From assembly GCF_963921235.1 (NCBI RefSeq), contig NC_086118.1, positions 16,618,001 through 16,682,000 on the forward strand: a stretch of DNA of 64,000 nt, given 5' to 3'. Below the pieces are notes generated by a model that saw nothing but the letters and a program-made list of their open reading frames with translations, ran no database searches and was not told the origin of the DNA. The DNA is from Mobula hypostoma (lineage: Eukaryota). Positions within the stretch are counted from its first letter, which is position 1. Each line of letters opens with the position of its first letter. Made by a program: the position numbers and the translations under genes. This document shows positions 12,859 through 25,077 of the stretch, in pieces.

Positions 12859-13736
12859 TGTTATGGGTCCACAGTTTCGATTCCTGTGGATGTTTCGTGA
12901 TATTAGTTTCACTTACTAAGTGTGATGTATCTATAGTCTTGTTTTGCTGGAAGCTTATAGTTTTGATTCCTAGGGGCGCCAAGTGGTTTACTGGGAAACC
13001 ATAACTTTGTTTCTGTGAGAGTCACATAATGACATATTCCCGACAGTGTAAGAAGAGTCTCAGTCGTTTAGAGAGCAGTCGCTCATTAGGGAGTCGCTTG
13101 GTAAGGAGTCGTTAAGGAATCGATGGGAAGAGAGTGAGAGTGAAGATTGCAGGCTTTGAACGAACCCAAAGGATTGGATTAGCCGGCAGCACTCTGCATT
13201 TTGAATGTGACTGACATTTCATGTAATCCATATGTGGATTGTGGCACACACTTTTGGTTAACCACTGCATGGTCTCGGGTGTTGTGTGGTGATCATTTCG
13301 GCAAAAGGGACATTCCCTGTCAGTTACTCTGTGTATCTTGCTCTTCCTGGACTCTTCAAAAAAAGTACTCCGTGGCTGCAAACTCCGGTAACTGTTTCTT
13401 CAAGATTGCCTCTCTGCTGTATTGTGAATCTCCAAGATCGTCTCTTCATTGCATTGTGAACATACAAGTCTCTCCTCTCACTTATTTCATGAATCACCTG
13501 GACTTGCTAAACTACTACTCTAAGACCGTGCTGGAGTAAGACTTTGTTAAGAGTTGTTTCTAAGTTTGACTGTTTGGGAGCTATAGACGCATAACAACGT
13601 TAACTTCTGTTTAAGTTAGTCGTTGGTTTAATTTTCTATATTTCTGTGTAAATGTTAATAAATTTAGTTGTTTTGCCTTAGTTCCCCAACTCCATTCTAC
13701 ATCTATTGTTGCTGGTCCATATCAGATCTCATATCA
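12859..13736 (+). mobile_element. Solo LTR (Gypsy/ERV type)
   Basis: Termini TGTTATG...CATATCA (inverted, 6/7). Flanks gaac/gaag. AATAAA near the 3' end (~13657). No internal domains. Confidence 0.65.
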
Positions 13737-13789
13737 GAAGATATCAAAAATCCAGTTCTACCTTTCAATTTCACTTTGCAAGATTCCTT

Positions 13790-14425
13790 CATCAGACAGG
13801 GCATTGAGTAAAGGAGTTGGTATGTGATGTTAATGTTATACAAGACAATAGTGAGGCCATACCTAGTGTATTGTGCACAGCTTTGGTTACCCTCTTATGA
13901 CAAACATTTGTAGAAAGACATCATTAAACTGGGAAGAGGGCAAGAAAGATTTATAAGAATGTTGAAGGTACCTGAGGGTCTGAATTATAGAAAGAGATTG
14001 GGCAGGCCAGGACTTTATTTAATGGAGCATAGAAGACTAATGAGTAACCTGGTAGGGGTATACAAGAATCTTGAGGGGCATAAATAGGCTGAATACACTC
14101 AGACTTTTCCCCGAGGGGAAAGGAATAAAAATTAGAAGGCACAGATTTAATGTGAGAGGGAAAGGGTTTAAAAGAGGCCTGTGGGGAAACTCCTTCACAG
14201 AGAGGATGATCTGTACATGCAACAAACTGCCCGAGCAAGTGGTTGAGACAGGTACAATAACAACATTCAAAAGACACTTAGATGGTAAATAAATAAGAAA
14301 AGTTTAGAGAAACAGGGGTCAAACATGGGCAAATGGAATTAGCTTAGACACACATCATGGTCAGTGTGGATGAGATGGACAAAAAGGTCTGTTTCTGTGT
14401 TGTATTAATCAGTGAGTCTATGGCT
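13790..14425 (+). mobile_element. CR1 LINE 3' fragment, degenerate
   Basis: GIE..LYKTIVRPYL..; RRHRFNVRGKGFK..SFTER..CNKLPEQVVETGTITTFKRHLD. Confidence 0.88.
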
Positions 14426-14798
14426 CTAAATATCATCAACAGATTTTCTCTGTACGAGCAACACAAAGCCTGTGTGTGACTACTGGACTTTCTGCCTATG
14501 GAGCAGGCAGAGAAAAAGGAGAACACCTTAGCAGATACAGTGCATGCTTACCCAAGTTCAACCAGAGATATTTTTTGTTTCTGGTGATAAACAACTGATC
14601 ACTTTCTGAGTTTATCAATTTTACATATATTTTCCTTAATTCCCTTGGAGCAAGTTACAGGGTAATTCAGTGGAAAACAGCATTCACTGGTTATAAATGC
14701 AAACAACAGGAATTCTGCAGATGCTGGAAATTCAAGCAACATACATCAAAGTTGCTGGTGAACGCAGCAGGCCAAGCAGCATCTATAGGAAGAGGTGC

Positions 14799-14834
14799 AG
14801 TCGACGTTTCAGGCCGAGACCCTTCGTCAGGACT
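14799..14834 (-). ncRNA. Minimal type I hammerhead ribozyme motif, intact
   Basis: Reverse complement reads AGUC-CUGACGA-AGG(GUCUCGG)CCU-GAAAC-GUC-GACU. Confidence 0.8.
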
Positions 14835-14854
14835 AACTGAAGGAACCTTCAGTT

Positions 14855-14890
14855 AGTCCTGACGAAGGGTCTCGGCCTGAAACGCCGACT
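14855..14890 (+). ncRNA. Hammerhead motif with mutated cleavage triplet (GUC to GCC)
   Basis: agtc-ctgacga-agggtctcggcct-gaaac-gcc-gact. C at 14885 replaces the conserved U. Confidence 0.7.
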
Positions 14891-16339
14891 GCGCCTCTTC
14901 CTATAGATGCTGCTTGGCCTGCTGCGTTCACCAGCAACTTTGATGTATGTTCACTGGTTATAATCAAGATGAAAGATGAGAATCTAAACACTCAGCACAT
15001 TTTAAGGAAAAGCTAGTCTTGTCCATTAGGATCATTTCATTTCAACACGTTTAGATTCTTTCAAACTGGGACTTATCCATCTGCTTGTAGTTTATTTTGT
15101 GACAACATGAGCCAAATCAGAACAAGACAGTCCGGGAGTCCAGACAGAGGAAAATGGAATGGAGTCAGGTGTATTTACCACAAAGAGTCAATCTGCAGAA
15201 ACAGTCTTCAGAAACACTGTGCCTAAAAAAAGTACTTCAATGTTTCTGTGTATTGTAGCTGTTGCTGTGTGGTCCTGCTTGCCACAGTCTTGCATTTGAC
15301 AGAGAGCTACAATGAAGTATTGTTGGAAGTATTTTTCACGATATACATTACCCCAGAAAAATGTCTAAAATTGTAAACTATTTTGTAGTGTTGTTACTCT
15401 TTACTTGGTAAATAACTGAAATGGCAGAAATTAAGCAATTTTACAGATTGTTTCTGCAATTCCAACTGTAAACATCTGGCAAGAAATCAGAAGAGTGCAA
15501 ATGTTCAGTTATTAGGAAGCAACAATGTAGTCTGACTGTGTAACTCTACATCATGAATTCCTTATGGCAAATATATGGATAGTTTATTAATCACCAATTA
15601 AAATTATACTGGGACGAATATTCTGTTACCCCAAGATCATTCCCTACCTGCACTTTTGCACAATGTTTCCTCAAATACAGTCTGTTATAACCTAGGTGTA
15701 ATCTAGCACTGGGTCAGTGTGCAAATTTCCCAACCTCGGAGCTGGAAAAACTGAAGGAATATGTGCTGCCCCATTGAGCTCTATGAGGAGCCTACTCGAG
15801 CAGTGCAGAGGAAGGCGACACTGTGTAGGAATGTGCTATCGGCTTAGGGAGCGCACCAGCCCTCGTCCTTGGGAGTAGAGTGGAGCTGCATGGATTGGTC
15901 CTGGCATTAGTGTTGGCAGCAGATTGGTAGAGTCAGCACATTGGTTTATAAAATATTCAAAGTACTCACAGTCTTACTATGATAACTTCATATAAAATAA
16001 AGTTCATAAAGTTATAACAAAGAAAGCTAATAATTAAGTTTGTTAAGTGAACTGTTCTACCAAGATGAATGCTGTCTTGCTTTCATTCTGTGGGCACGTC
16101 ATCCAAGAACTAACCCATGCAAAATGCTGATGCTTTTTGCGTAATGGTTGCTTGTACAAATAAATAGCTTTTAACCTTATATATCCTTAAAAATATCGAA
16201 CTATCAAAAAATATCACAAAGTATATTGGCCTAGAGTTTCTTTTGTGTCAGGAATGGGACCAGAGATATCTAGCTTGCCAGGAGTCGTTTTGTATGTGTA
16301 CTTACCACTCCAATTCCATTCATATTTGAGGCACAAAGC

Positions 16340-16607
16340 ATTGTATGCAACAGTGGTTAGCTCAATGCTTTACAGTACAGGTAACCTGGGTTCAATTCTT
16401 GCCTGGAAGGAGTTTGTACATTCTCCCCGTGACCACATGGATTTCCTCTGGGTGCTCCGGTTTCCTCTCACAGTCCAAAGACACACCAGTTGGTAGGTTA
16501 ATTGGTCATTGTAAATTGTCCATGATTCAGCTAGGATTAATTTGAGGAATTGCTGGGCAGCATGGCTTGAAGAACCTATTCCATGCTGTACCTCAATAAA
16601 TAAATAA
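16340..16607 (+). mobile_element. V-SINE (HE1-like), near full length
   Basis: A-box-like agtggttagc, B-box ggttcaattc, V-domain ggagtttgtacattctcccc..gggtgctccggtttcctc, (AATA)n tail. Confidence 0.88.
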
Positions 16608-16692
16608 GTGGTCTTGCAACATTAACCCACGCAAAGCCTTGACCTAATCCATAATACCTGAACAGAGAGATCACTGCTCATAAAATGCAATC

Positions 16693-16790
16693 ACCGTCTT
16701 GATTCAATGCTGCAACCTGAAATATCAACAACTCTTCTGCTTTCACAGATGATGTTGGTCCACTGAGTTCACAGCAGATTGTTTGTCGGC
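16693..16790 (+). mobile_element. Decayed PLE terminus fragment
   Basis: cctgaaatatcaac..cacagatgatgttggtccactgagtt..cagcag resembles the other PLE termini. Confidence 0.5.
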
Positions 16791-17019
16791 ACAGTAAAGA
16801 GTAATTCTCAATGATACACAATACGGCCATTGTGTGCCCACAGTGATTAGGGTACCAGCCAAGTGGAATGCTTTGTCTTTGATGGTGTTGAGCCACTGAA
16901 TGCTTAGGGGCGTGCACTCATCTCGATATGAGGAGAGAATTCCAACACACTCCTAACCTGTTTTTTGTAGATGGTGGAAAGGCTTTGGCTAGGCAGTGAA
17001 TAAAATCACTTTGTTTGGT

Positions 17020-17480
17020 TTAGTTTATTATTGTCACAAGTACCAACATAGTTTCCATTGCAAAGCTTGTCTTGCATACCTTGCATACAGATCAATTTAT
17101 TACACAGTGCATTGAGCTAGAATGCGATAAAACAATAACAGTGCAGAATAAAGTGAAAAAGCTACTGAAAAAGTATAGTACAGATAAAGAACAAAGTGCA
17201 AGATCATAAGGACGTATGTAGATTGTGAGGCCGAGAGTTTAATATCGTATAAGGGATCCATTCAAGAATCTGATATCAGTGTGGTAGAAGCTGTCCTTGA
17301 GCCTGATGGCATGTGCTTTCAGGCTTTTGTATCTTCGGCCTGACGGGAGGGTAGTGAAGAGGGAATGTCCGGGATGGTGGGGTCTTTGATTATGTTGGTT
17401 GCTCCACTGAGGCAATGGGAAGTAAAGACAAAGTCCACAGCGGGGAGGCTGGTTCATGTCATGTGCTGAGCTGTTTCCGA
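17020..17480 (-). mobile_element. Rex1/Babar LINE 3' end
   Basis: PHHPGHSLFTTLPSGRRYKSLKAHAIRLKDSFY..IRFLN, then 3' UTR with gacaataataaa. Confidence 0.85.
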
Positions 17481-17699
17481 AATATGAGGAAGACCCAGAG
17501 GTGAAGCTCTACACAGGGACCAGGTGTTCAAATCTGGTACCTGGCCTAGTGCAGAATATTTTTCTGATAAATTGAGTGTGCACCAAACTTTGATCTATGG
17601 GATGGCAAATTTATCCCAGTGATAGGAGGGATAAACTCTCAAGTGTAGAAAAAGTGAAAATAATCTATTTGAAACATACACTGTTTTTACAGAGATTTA

Positions 17700-17865
17700 C
17701 AGAGGGTGCTATTTCCAGTGTCAGAAACGCCCACATCTAGGGCTCAAAGTATCAACAGAAGGATATGCAGGAAGGTGCTGAGGTAAAAGATCAGTCACAA
17801 TCTTATTGAATGTTGAAGTAAATGCACGGGATCGAATCGTCTACTTCTGCCGCTATTTCCCATGC
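17700..17865 (+). mobile_element. Small CR1 3' tail remnant
   Basis: gatcagtcacaatcttattgaatg..gaatcgtctacttctgccgctattt resembles the CR1 tail at 12000-12070. Confidence 0.6.
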
Positions 17866-17963
17866 AATTGCAATATTATTGAGAAGAAAGCCTAGTGACA
17901 GACTTTCTATCATAATTATGCTATATAATCATTATTGGCCTTTTTATTCTTTTGCTTCTCCTC

Positions 17964-18346
17964 TGGTGGGGTGGAAATACATCTCTACCAAAGAAGGTGT
18001 AAGGCACGCCCTCCCTCCACAAGCCTGCAGGTCACCCTTGAGCAAGGTGTAGCTCCTGCTTAGCCACCCCGCCCCCACCAATCAGGATTATGTGAAGCCA
18101 AGGGAATAGATGGTGGATGATCGTATGAGCAGCTGGTGCTTACCACAAGCCCTGGTTATGTAACCACTGATGCCAGGCAATCTCTGAAGAGTATTGATAA
18201 TGGCTGGGGTCACCTGTCTTGTAAAGACACTGCCTAGAAGAAGACAATGGTAAAGCACTTCTTTAGAGAAACTTGCCAAGAACGATCATGGTCACGGAAA
18301 GACCAACATCGCCTATGTTTTATGACATGGGACATAATGATGATGA
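17964..18346 (+). mobile_element. Non-autonomous element/SINE with RTE-BovB-like 3' end
   Basis: gaagacaatggtaaagcacttc..cttgccaagaa (18240-18282) resembles the BovB/Sauria-SINE motif gaaggcaatggcaa(a/c)ccact..cttgcc. (TGA)n tail. Confidence 0.6.
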
Positions 18347-21300
18347 CCTGTTCTCAATTTCTCTTTGCCTTGCATTCCTAATATTCTACTGCCAACAGTC
18401 CAGGGAGGAAGGTGACTACCAACTCTCTCCCAATGCAAGTGTGTCACTGGCAGCTGATGGGCATGAGAAAGTGAATCAAACAAGCCTATATGCTTCCTGG
18501 GAAAGAAAACTTATGTCCATGTTGCAATTATATTTAGGATTAACAAAATGTAAGAGATTTTTAAAAGTTCCAAGAGACTATGTTTTAAAACAGTATATTT
18601 GCACATTCCTTAAGATGTTTATTTTTGCAATAAAAACGTTTGTTTTAAATAGTTGCCAACACTATTTGTCAAATCACGAAGCCTTTATACTGAAAAGAAC
18701 AGCTCAGATTATCAGCATTTGGCAGTCCAAACTGTCCTCCGAGTTGTGTAGTTTATCGTGCAACTTCAGCTTTCAGTGGCTGTACAGGAAACATAAACCC
18801 AGAGACCAGTAACCCTATGCGTACAATAAAAAGTAAAATGACCAAACCAGTTACAGAAGCAAGCACTGCTAAAAAAAAATCACCAATGATTTTATTGATG
18901 TTTGTGTGAGTTCAGATGTAGACATTTATGACACTACATGCACCATCTGCTACTTTAGTTAAATCTCTTAATTTTTGATTTTGCAACATATTTTGCATTG
19001 TGTGTTGTCAAGTAGCCTTCCAGAATTGGAAGAAAGCTGGAACAAATATCACTTTCATCTCTAGATACCTTCAGCTTTTAGATTCATGGCATTTTTTGCT
19101 GTTACCAACAATCTGAGTGACCACAGCAAATGGGGAGAAAATTTTATTACATGCACACTATTTAATCATAATTGCAATGATTTGATAATACTAATGTGAA
19201 GAAATGTGTGAAATCTTTAGAGAATCGATCAATTTGAATTAATACCTTAAAGGACTCTATCAAACCTTTGTGCATGTACAGCTTGGATGTCAAATATATT
19301 TTAATTTCAAATTCTGAAGGATGGATTTAAGGAACCAATTCCCTATTAGGCCACTGATTTGTACGCTTTTGCAAGATTATTTCAACCACAATGTTAAAAC
19401 AGAGAGTGACTCAATCCAACACCAGAAAATATTCATTGAATAGCAGACAAGCCAGAGATCAAATTGGAAAAGGACAGGATTTTGAGGTGTGAATAAGGTG
19501 TCAGACCTCAGTGCTCATCTTTGCTTTCTCCTTTGGATGCTAACCTGGTGTAACTGGCAGACTCCTGAAAAGAATAGGAGCTGAAATTCTGTTCAATGGA
19601 ATCTAGAGTCTGAACAACAATTCTGGCAGAAGATTGACAGAAAAAAATGTAAACACCTTTAACACCATTTCCCCAGGTTGTCCTCAGATCTTCCATCAGA
19701 GTTACAACGCAGAATGATCAATGACAGTTGAATTTTCATCGGAAATCTTGTAAAGTTGTGCTTCAAAATTTCACTCTCAGTTATTGAAAATATTGAGTAA
19801 TATTTTTGATATGATTCAGGTACCAAAAGAGTAGAATGGAGCAAGCTTTGTAACAAGCCTTATAAAGATATTTCACCGACTGGAATAACTTCTCAATGTT
19901 CAAAGAAGTGACACTGTTTGCATTATGGGTCACATTGCATAATCCACAAATTCATTTTTAAACTGACATTTTTGCTTTGCTCTTCAAAAATTAATGACAT
20001 ATCATACGGCAGAGCAAGTAAGACAGAAAAAATAAATTAATCCAGTTTAATGTAAACTAGTGGAACTCTCGTATGTATAAGTCACAGACTAAAAGACAAG
20101 TCAGCATATTCTACAAGCAAGGTCCCCCTTTCCTGTCCTAGGTGTACTATAAACTAATCAAAAATTATATCTGCAGACTGGGTTTTATAAACATACTACA
20201 CAATTCTAGTAAAATCTTGCTTAGATTCCATGAAAATTTTGATCTCTTTACGAGCTTTCCTTTTTACTGTTATAACCTTTATCATTCTAATTAAAGTTAC
20301 CAACGTAAACAAGAATCAGAACAAGAATGAGACACTACATCAAAGCAACTGCAACATGTTACTGAGTTTTGACATGTGCTCCCTTCTGGACCTAAGCATA
20401 CTATAATTCTCCAACACACAGGTTCTCCAGTGAAAATTGATCCTGCAGAGACAGGCAATTCTATTGAGCATCATGCAGACGACCTGAGTCTTGATTGACA
20501 GCCTCAGATTAATAAAAATTTAAAGGCCGGCTTCGAGAAATTTTTTTTGAATGACTCTGATAGGAGTGTAAACCAAACACATGATGCTGCCAGGCATATA
20601 TAATAGAATTCCTGTTTGCAATGCAGGAACAACCATGAGGCTTTGTAATCAGAGACTGTGAAAAAGGATAGCTGTATTGTATTTATTTGTTGAATTTCTT
20701 GGTGGGTGGGCAAATGGGTGCTTCCAGATAACTGAACTTTGCTGCAAACTGATGGGGTCTCATTAGATTCAGGCTGCCTGCCTAAGGCTGGCTTATCACC
20801 TTCCTTTATAAAAAAGGATTGTTTTACATCCTAAATTGCACCATGCATACTGAAAGATGATAGATGTCTCTCAGCTATATATACATTTACAGATAGGTGC
20901 ATGCATACATAACCTGTGTTGAGGACTCACAGCATGATGGCCATTGTAATCTGGTAACATAACCTCTACCTCGGATCCCTGTTTATGTTGAAGAATGAAA
21001 TATTTGGGTCTTTGCATACCGTGCACCATCTGCAGGCAGATGACACCAATATATCCACCAGTGCAGCTGTCAGTTTCATTCCAAGGAAGTCAGACAACGA
21101 GGTTCTAGAAATTCTACTTGCTCCTTTGGGGGAAATATTAATTCAGTAAGAAAGCTGCTTTTGACTAAGTGAGTGAGGTGACTTCATAACAGCACAGTTT
21201 TGATCCATCTTGTACTGTTGCGTCCAATGTGGCATCTTGCCATGTTTAAACTTACATGTAGAAGAAGTGTTGATCTAAATCTCATTCACTGAAGGCCCCA

Positions 21301-21555
21301 ATTCCAGCAAATTATTTGACACATTGCTAAAAGTGGGACTATTGCCATTAGCAGATCCATTAGAGGCCACTTGAAATGGTTGTTTAACTAGATAAACAAA
21401 GGCTACCTCCTAATCTCAGAAGAGATATTGTCAATTCCCTTTATTTTCAGGCTTGCGTTTTATTGCTCTTTGCAAATTACTTCCCAGGAGTAATATTCCC
21501 CTTAAAACTTGTAAACTGATTGACTGGACATTTTTTGAATGAATGGGAGAATGCC

Positions 21556-21700
21556 ATTCAAGATTCAAGATTTAAAGTCTGAGATCTTTAACGTCATTTA
21601 AAGTACACAAGTGTAAAGGAGAATGAAGGAATTGTTACTCCAGACCTGGTGCAGCACAAAGAGAACACAAATATGAAAAAGAACACAATAATAAGCTTGT
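21556..21700 (-). mobile_element. Rex1-type 3' tail fragment
   Basis: (TTCAAGA)n tail followed by ..gtcattt..gtacacaagtgtaaaggagaatgaa. Confidence 0.5.
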
Positions 21701-21732
21701 ATACATAGACTCCTTAGGCACTTATATACCCT

Positions 21733-22280
21733 GCTTCCTTAGGAGTTCGCAGTGACTCGGCATGACATCTAAAAAATTGACAAACTTCTATAGATGTGTA
21801 GTGGAGAGTATATTGATTGGCTGTGTCACGGCCTGGTATGAAAACACCAAGCCCCTGATTGGAAAATCCTGCAAAATGTAGTCGATACGGCCCAGTTCAT
21901 CACAGGTAAAGTCCTCCCCACCGTTGAGCACATCTACATGAAACGCAGTCACAAGAAAGCAAGATTCATCATCAGGGAATCTCATCACCCAGGACATGCT
22001 CTCTTCTCGTGGCTACCATCAGGAAGGGGGTACAAGAGCCTCAGGACTCACACATTATGTTCAGGAACAGTTACTACCTCTTAATCATCAGGCTTTTGAA
22101 CTAAAGGGGATAATTTCACTCAACTTCACTTGTCCCATCATTGAAATGTTTCCATGACAAACAGACTCACTTTCAAGGAATCTTCATCTATGTTCTTGAC
22201 ATTTATTGCTTATTTATGCATTACTATTATTTTTTCTTTTTGTATTTGCACAGTGTGTTGTTTTCTGCACTGGTTGAATG
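21733..22280 (+). mobile_element. Rex1/Babar LINE 3' fragment
   Basis: FLRS..GMTSKKLTNFYRCVVESILIGCVTAWY; HHPGHALFSWLPSGRGYKSLRTH. Confidence 0.88.
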
Positions 22281-23054
22281 CCATCCAATCAAATTAATAC
22301 CTCGCTTTAAATTACAAACACAAGCATTTTGGATCACTATTGCACCATGATCTGCACCACTAACACCCAATGTAGATTCAGTTTATTTGTGAATGCAACC
22401 ATCTTTGCCTCCACTTTTGTTCACCTTCATCCCTGCAGCTTGATATATGGAATTTTCATCAGTTTGGTCTGTCCTCCATTTCTGAACATGAGCAGAATCT
22501 CCCATGAATAGAGAACCACTTTAAAGCTCTGTGGACCATTCCCATAAAGCCGTTACAAGTATTGGGTGCTTCGTATAGGAACTGAGTGAGTAATAGTCAT
22601 ATGGTGACAATGACATTGTAACACCAATCTGGAGTACGGCCATCATCAGGATGGAAATGAGTACATTTAGGTGGATCATTGGGATAAGTCACAGATTTGG
22701 AATAATCAGAGAGGCATCTCAGTGTGGGATGAATCTCCAACAATTTATTAACTTAGTTCAGAGTTTTCCTTAGCTTATGTTCTGCCAAGGAGATGTTGCC
22801 CAATTCCTACCATGTTTTCATAGCGTATCTAACAACTAGCATGCTCCAAAACAGAGAATGGTGTCAGCCCAGCGAAATTTCACTATTCCCGTGATATAAC
22901 CAAGAAACAGCTGCAAACTTGAGTTAGTCAAATTAAATCAATTTTATTGATATTTTGCTTAAAACACCTGTGCGATGCGGGGGAACATATTCCTATTGAT
23001 GAGGAAGACTTACTGGTACAGATTCAAAAGGGAACATCTTTGAGAAAAATGCAA

Positions 23055-23240
23055 ATTGCACAGGCCCTGGAAACCTGAAACAAAAGCAAAGCTGACCAGG
23101 ATGGCTCGCCAGGTGAAGCAACCTCTGAATGGAAAGAATCACTGATCTGAAATGTTAACCTGGTTTCACTTTCCAGAAATGCTCTCTGGCTTGTTGAACT
23201 TCTGTGGCTTTTTTTTTGTTCGCTTTTACTGCGACCAGGC
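23055..23240. mobile_element. Old fold-back PLE-terminus fragment
   Basis: Minus-sense terminus (ctggaaacctgaaacaaaagc..) joined to plus-sense ctgaaatgttaac..cagaaatgct. Confidence 0.5.
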
Positions 23241-23454
23241 ACATGCAGAAATGAATGTATTATAAATCAAAGGAGATTGTCAGGGAAGAAGCATCAAGGG
23301 ATAAAGGTGTATAAAAATAGAGGCAGAGATGGTTGGATTCACAAACAATCTGAAATTGGTAGTCTTTTACCAAATACACATCAATATCTGGAATTCACCC
23401 ACAACCACAATTGTCATGGTGTTAACACACAAAGGGCAGCAATTTAATTAATAG

Positions 23455-23575
23455 CATACACAAAATGTTGGAGGATCTCAGCAAGTCAGGCAACATCTAA
23501 CGAGGGGAATAAATAGTTGACATTTCTGACTGAGAACCCATCAGGATTTCTAGCATCTGCAGAATCTCTTCTGTC
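23455..23575. mobile_element. Fold-back PLE-terminus fragment
   Basis: cacaaaatgttggaggatctcagcaagtcaggcaacatct..catcagga (minus), then atttctagcatctgcagaatctc (plus). Confidence 0.65.
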
Positions 23576-24819
23576 AACAATTTAAGGAGTTCTAATAATA
23601 TGGCTTCAGCGACTTTCAGATCAGGAAATGAGGCATTGGCAATATTGCCCAAATCCTAAACAAAACTAAAATTAAGACAGAATAGAAAAAGTGACGAATT
23701 CTTTCTACATTTTTTTCTTATTTCAGAGTTTAAAATTATTTCCACATTACCAAAGTAAATTAAGCAATAGGGATATTTTAGTTTTTACAATATTATTGCT
23801 CTCAATATCTCCATAAATTTTGTAGTCTGACAAACTATTCAAATCTGGAAGATGAATTTTCTACTGAAATTGTTGGCAGGCCAAAGGTTAAATTTAACAT
23901 TTTGGTAAATTGCCACACATGTTTACAACTTCAGAGTAAATAAGGTGTTAGGCTATTTTCCTAACCAGCAGTAGCTAATTGCCTTTCTTTCTGGCATTTG
24001 ATAAGATAAAACAGCCTTTTACACCTTTAGCAAACCATCTGCCCAACACCACTCCCTCCATCCCCCCACTTTGATAATAGATAATTTAGTCCATTTGCTC
24101 AGATACATTTTGGATTTTCAAGTGCCTCCCCGCCTGGGACCCAGCTTCTGATATTCATTTGACAGGTGTCAGCTGTTTCCAGGCATTCCATCAGGAGGTA
24201 ATGTAGATTAGTGTCCAGCCATGTAAAACATCTAAAAGATTGCTCCATTTCCAGTTGATACAGGTTCCCTTAATTTTACAATGCAAAGAAAACAAGTATA
24301 ATAATCTGGGGCTTACCTTAATGATCTTTAAGTCAGCAGGTTAGAGAATAATTTCCACTAAGGAAAGACATTTTAAGATATTCAATAAGTCATTCGATTG
24401 CAGTGTCTAAATATTTCTTCAAAGATTTCAGACTTGTCTCCTCTACCCTTTCCAGGACCCATTTCATTATGCTGATATTTGAAGAACTAATTTCCCTTTA
24501 CCATTCTTCTCTGGTGATTGTATTTATGTTCAAGTTTCAGTTTTGTCCATTCCAATTTATTCTATCATTCTATGCATTACTTTGGCCAGAGTTTTGCACG
24601 ATATTGAAGAGGGATAAACTGGGCAATATAGCAAATGATTTTAAAGTAATACCATGCTGCCTTGATTTACTTTCCACCACGGATCATGACTGCACATATT
24701 TCATGCTTTCTTAAGCACAAAATGAAGCCATTTCCACATATTGGGTTTCAGAGCAATGGCATCAACCTCATTCCCCCACAGCCATTTCTTTCACACATAC
24801 CCGTCGACTCCTTTCTGAT

Positions 24820-24985
24820 TCTGTTCACCTGCAGTATGTCTTTGCTATGTGGGAGAAAAATGGAGCACCTGGTGAAAATGTGCCCAGTTGGTCACAGGAG
24901 AACTCTGCGCTGACAACACTGGACATCAGGATCGAACCCAATGAAGCTGTGTGGCAGCAGTGCTACTGTCTTACCATGTCCCAGC
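24820..24985 (-). mobile_element. V-SINE fragment
   Basis: tgtgggagaaaaatggagcacctg..caggatcgaaccc (B-box on the minus strand). Confidence 0.65.
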
Positions 24986-25077
24986 TCCATCTCATGCATC
25001 TTGGGCTATATGACAAATTGGGCTGTTTGAATGCAAACTTGCACTCAACGTCAGTAAGACTAAACAGCCGATTTTAC

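Larger units (their letters stand above)
14697..14949. mobile_element. Young palindromic mini-PLE (fold-back of the PLE terminal repeat) with 14-bp TSD
   Basis: Arms 14738-14843 / 14846-14951 (106 bp, 2 mismatches, 2-nt loop). TSD ttcactggttataa at 14683-14696 and 14950-14963. Sequence matches the termini of the PLEs at 45278 and 56265. Confidence 0.93.

Noticed and set aside
14738..14951. DNA-transposon MITE or canonical pre-miRNA
   Set aside because: Arms are the terminal repeat of the GIY-YIG PLEs in this window and contain hammerhead cores. The 14-bp TSD and asymmetric ends do not fit a TIR element.
16340..16410. tRNA gene
   Set aside because: A/B-box-like motifs belong to a SINE head that continues into the V-domain; no cloverleaf.
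18273..18812. 179-aa ORF
   Set aside because: Starts inside a SINE tail, non-ATG start, no recognisable motif.
19507..19564. Possible minus-strand exon after a strong acceptor (cctattcttttcag)
   Set aside because: Stops in all three frames before a weak donor; no partner exons found.
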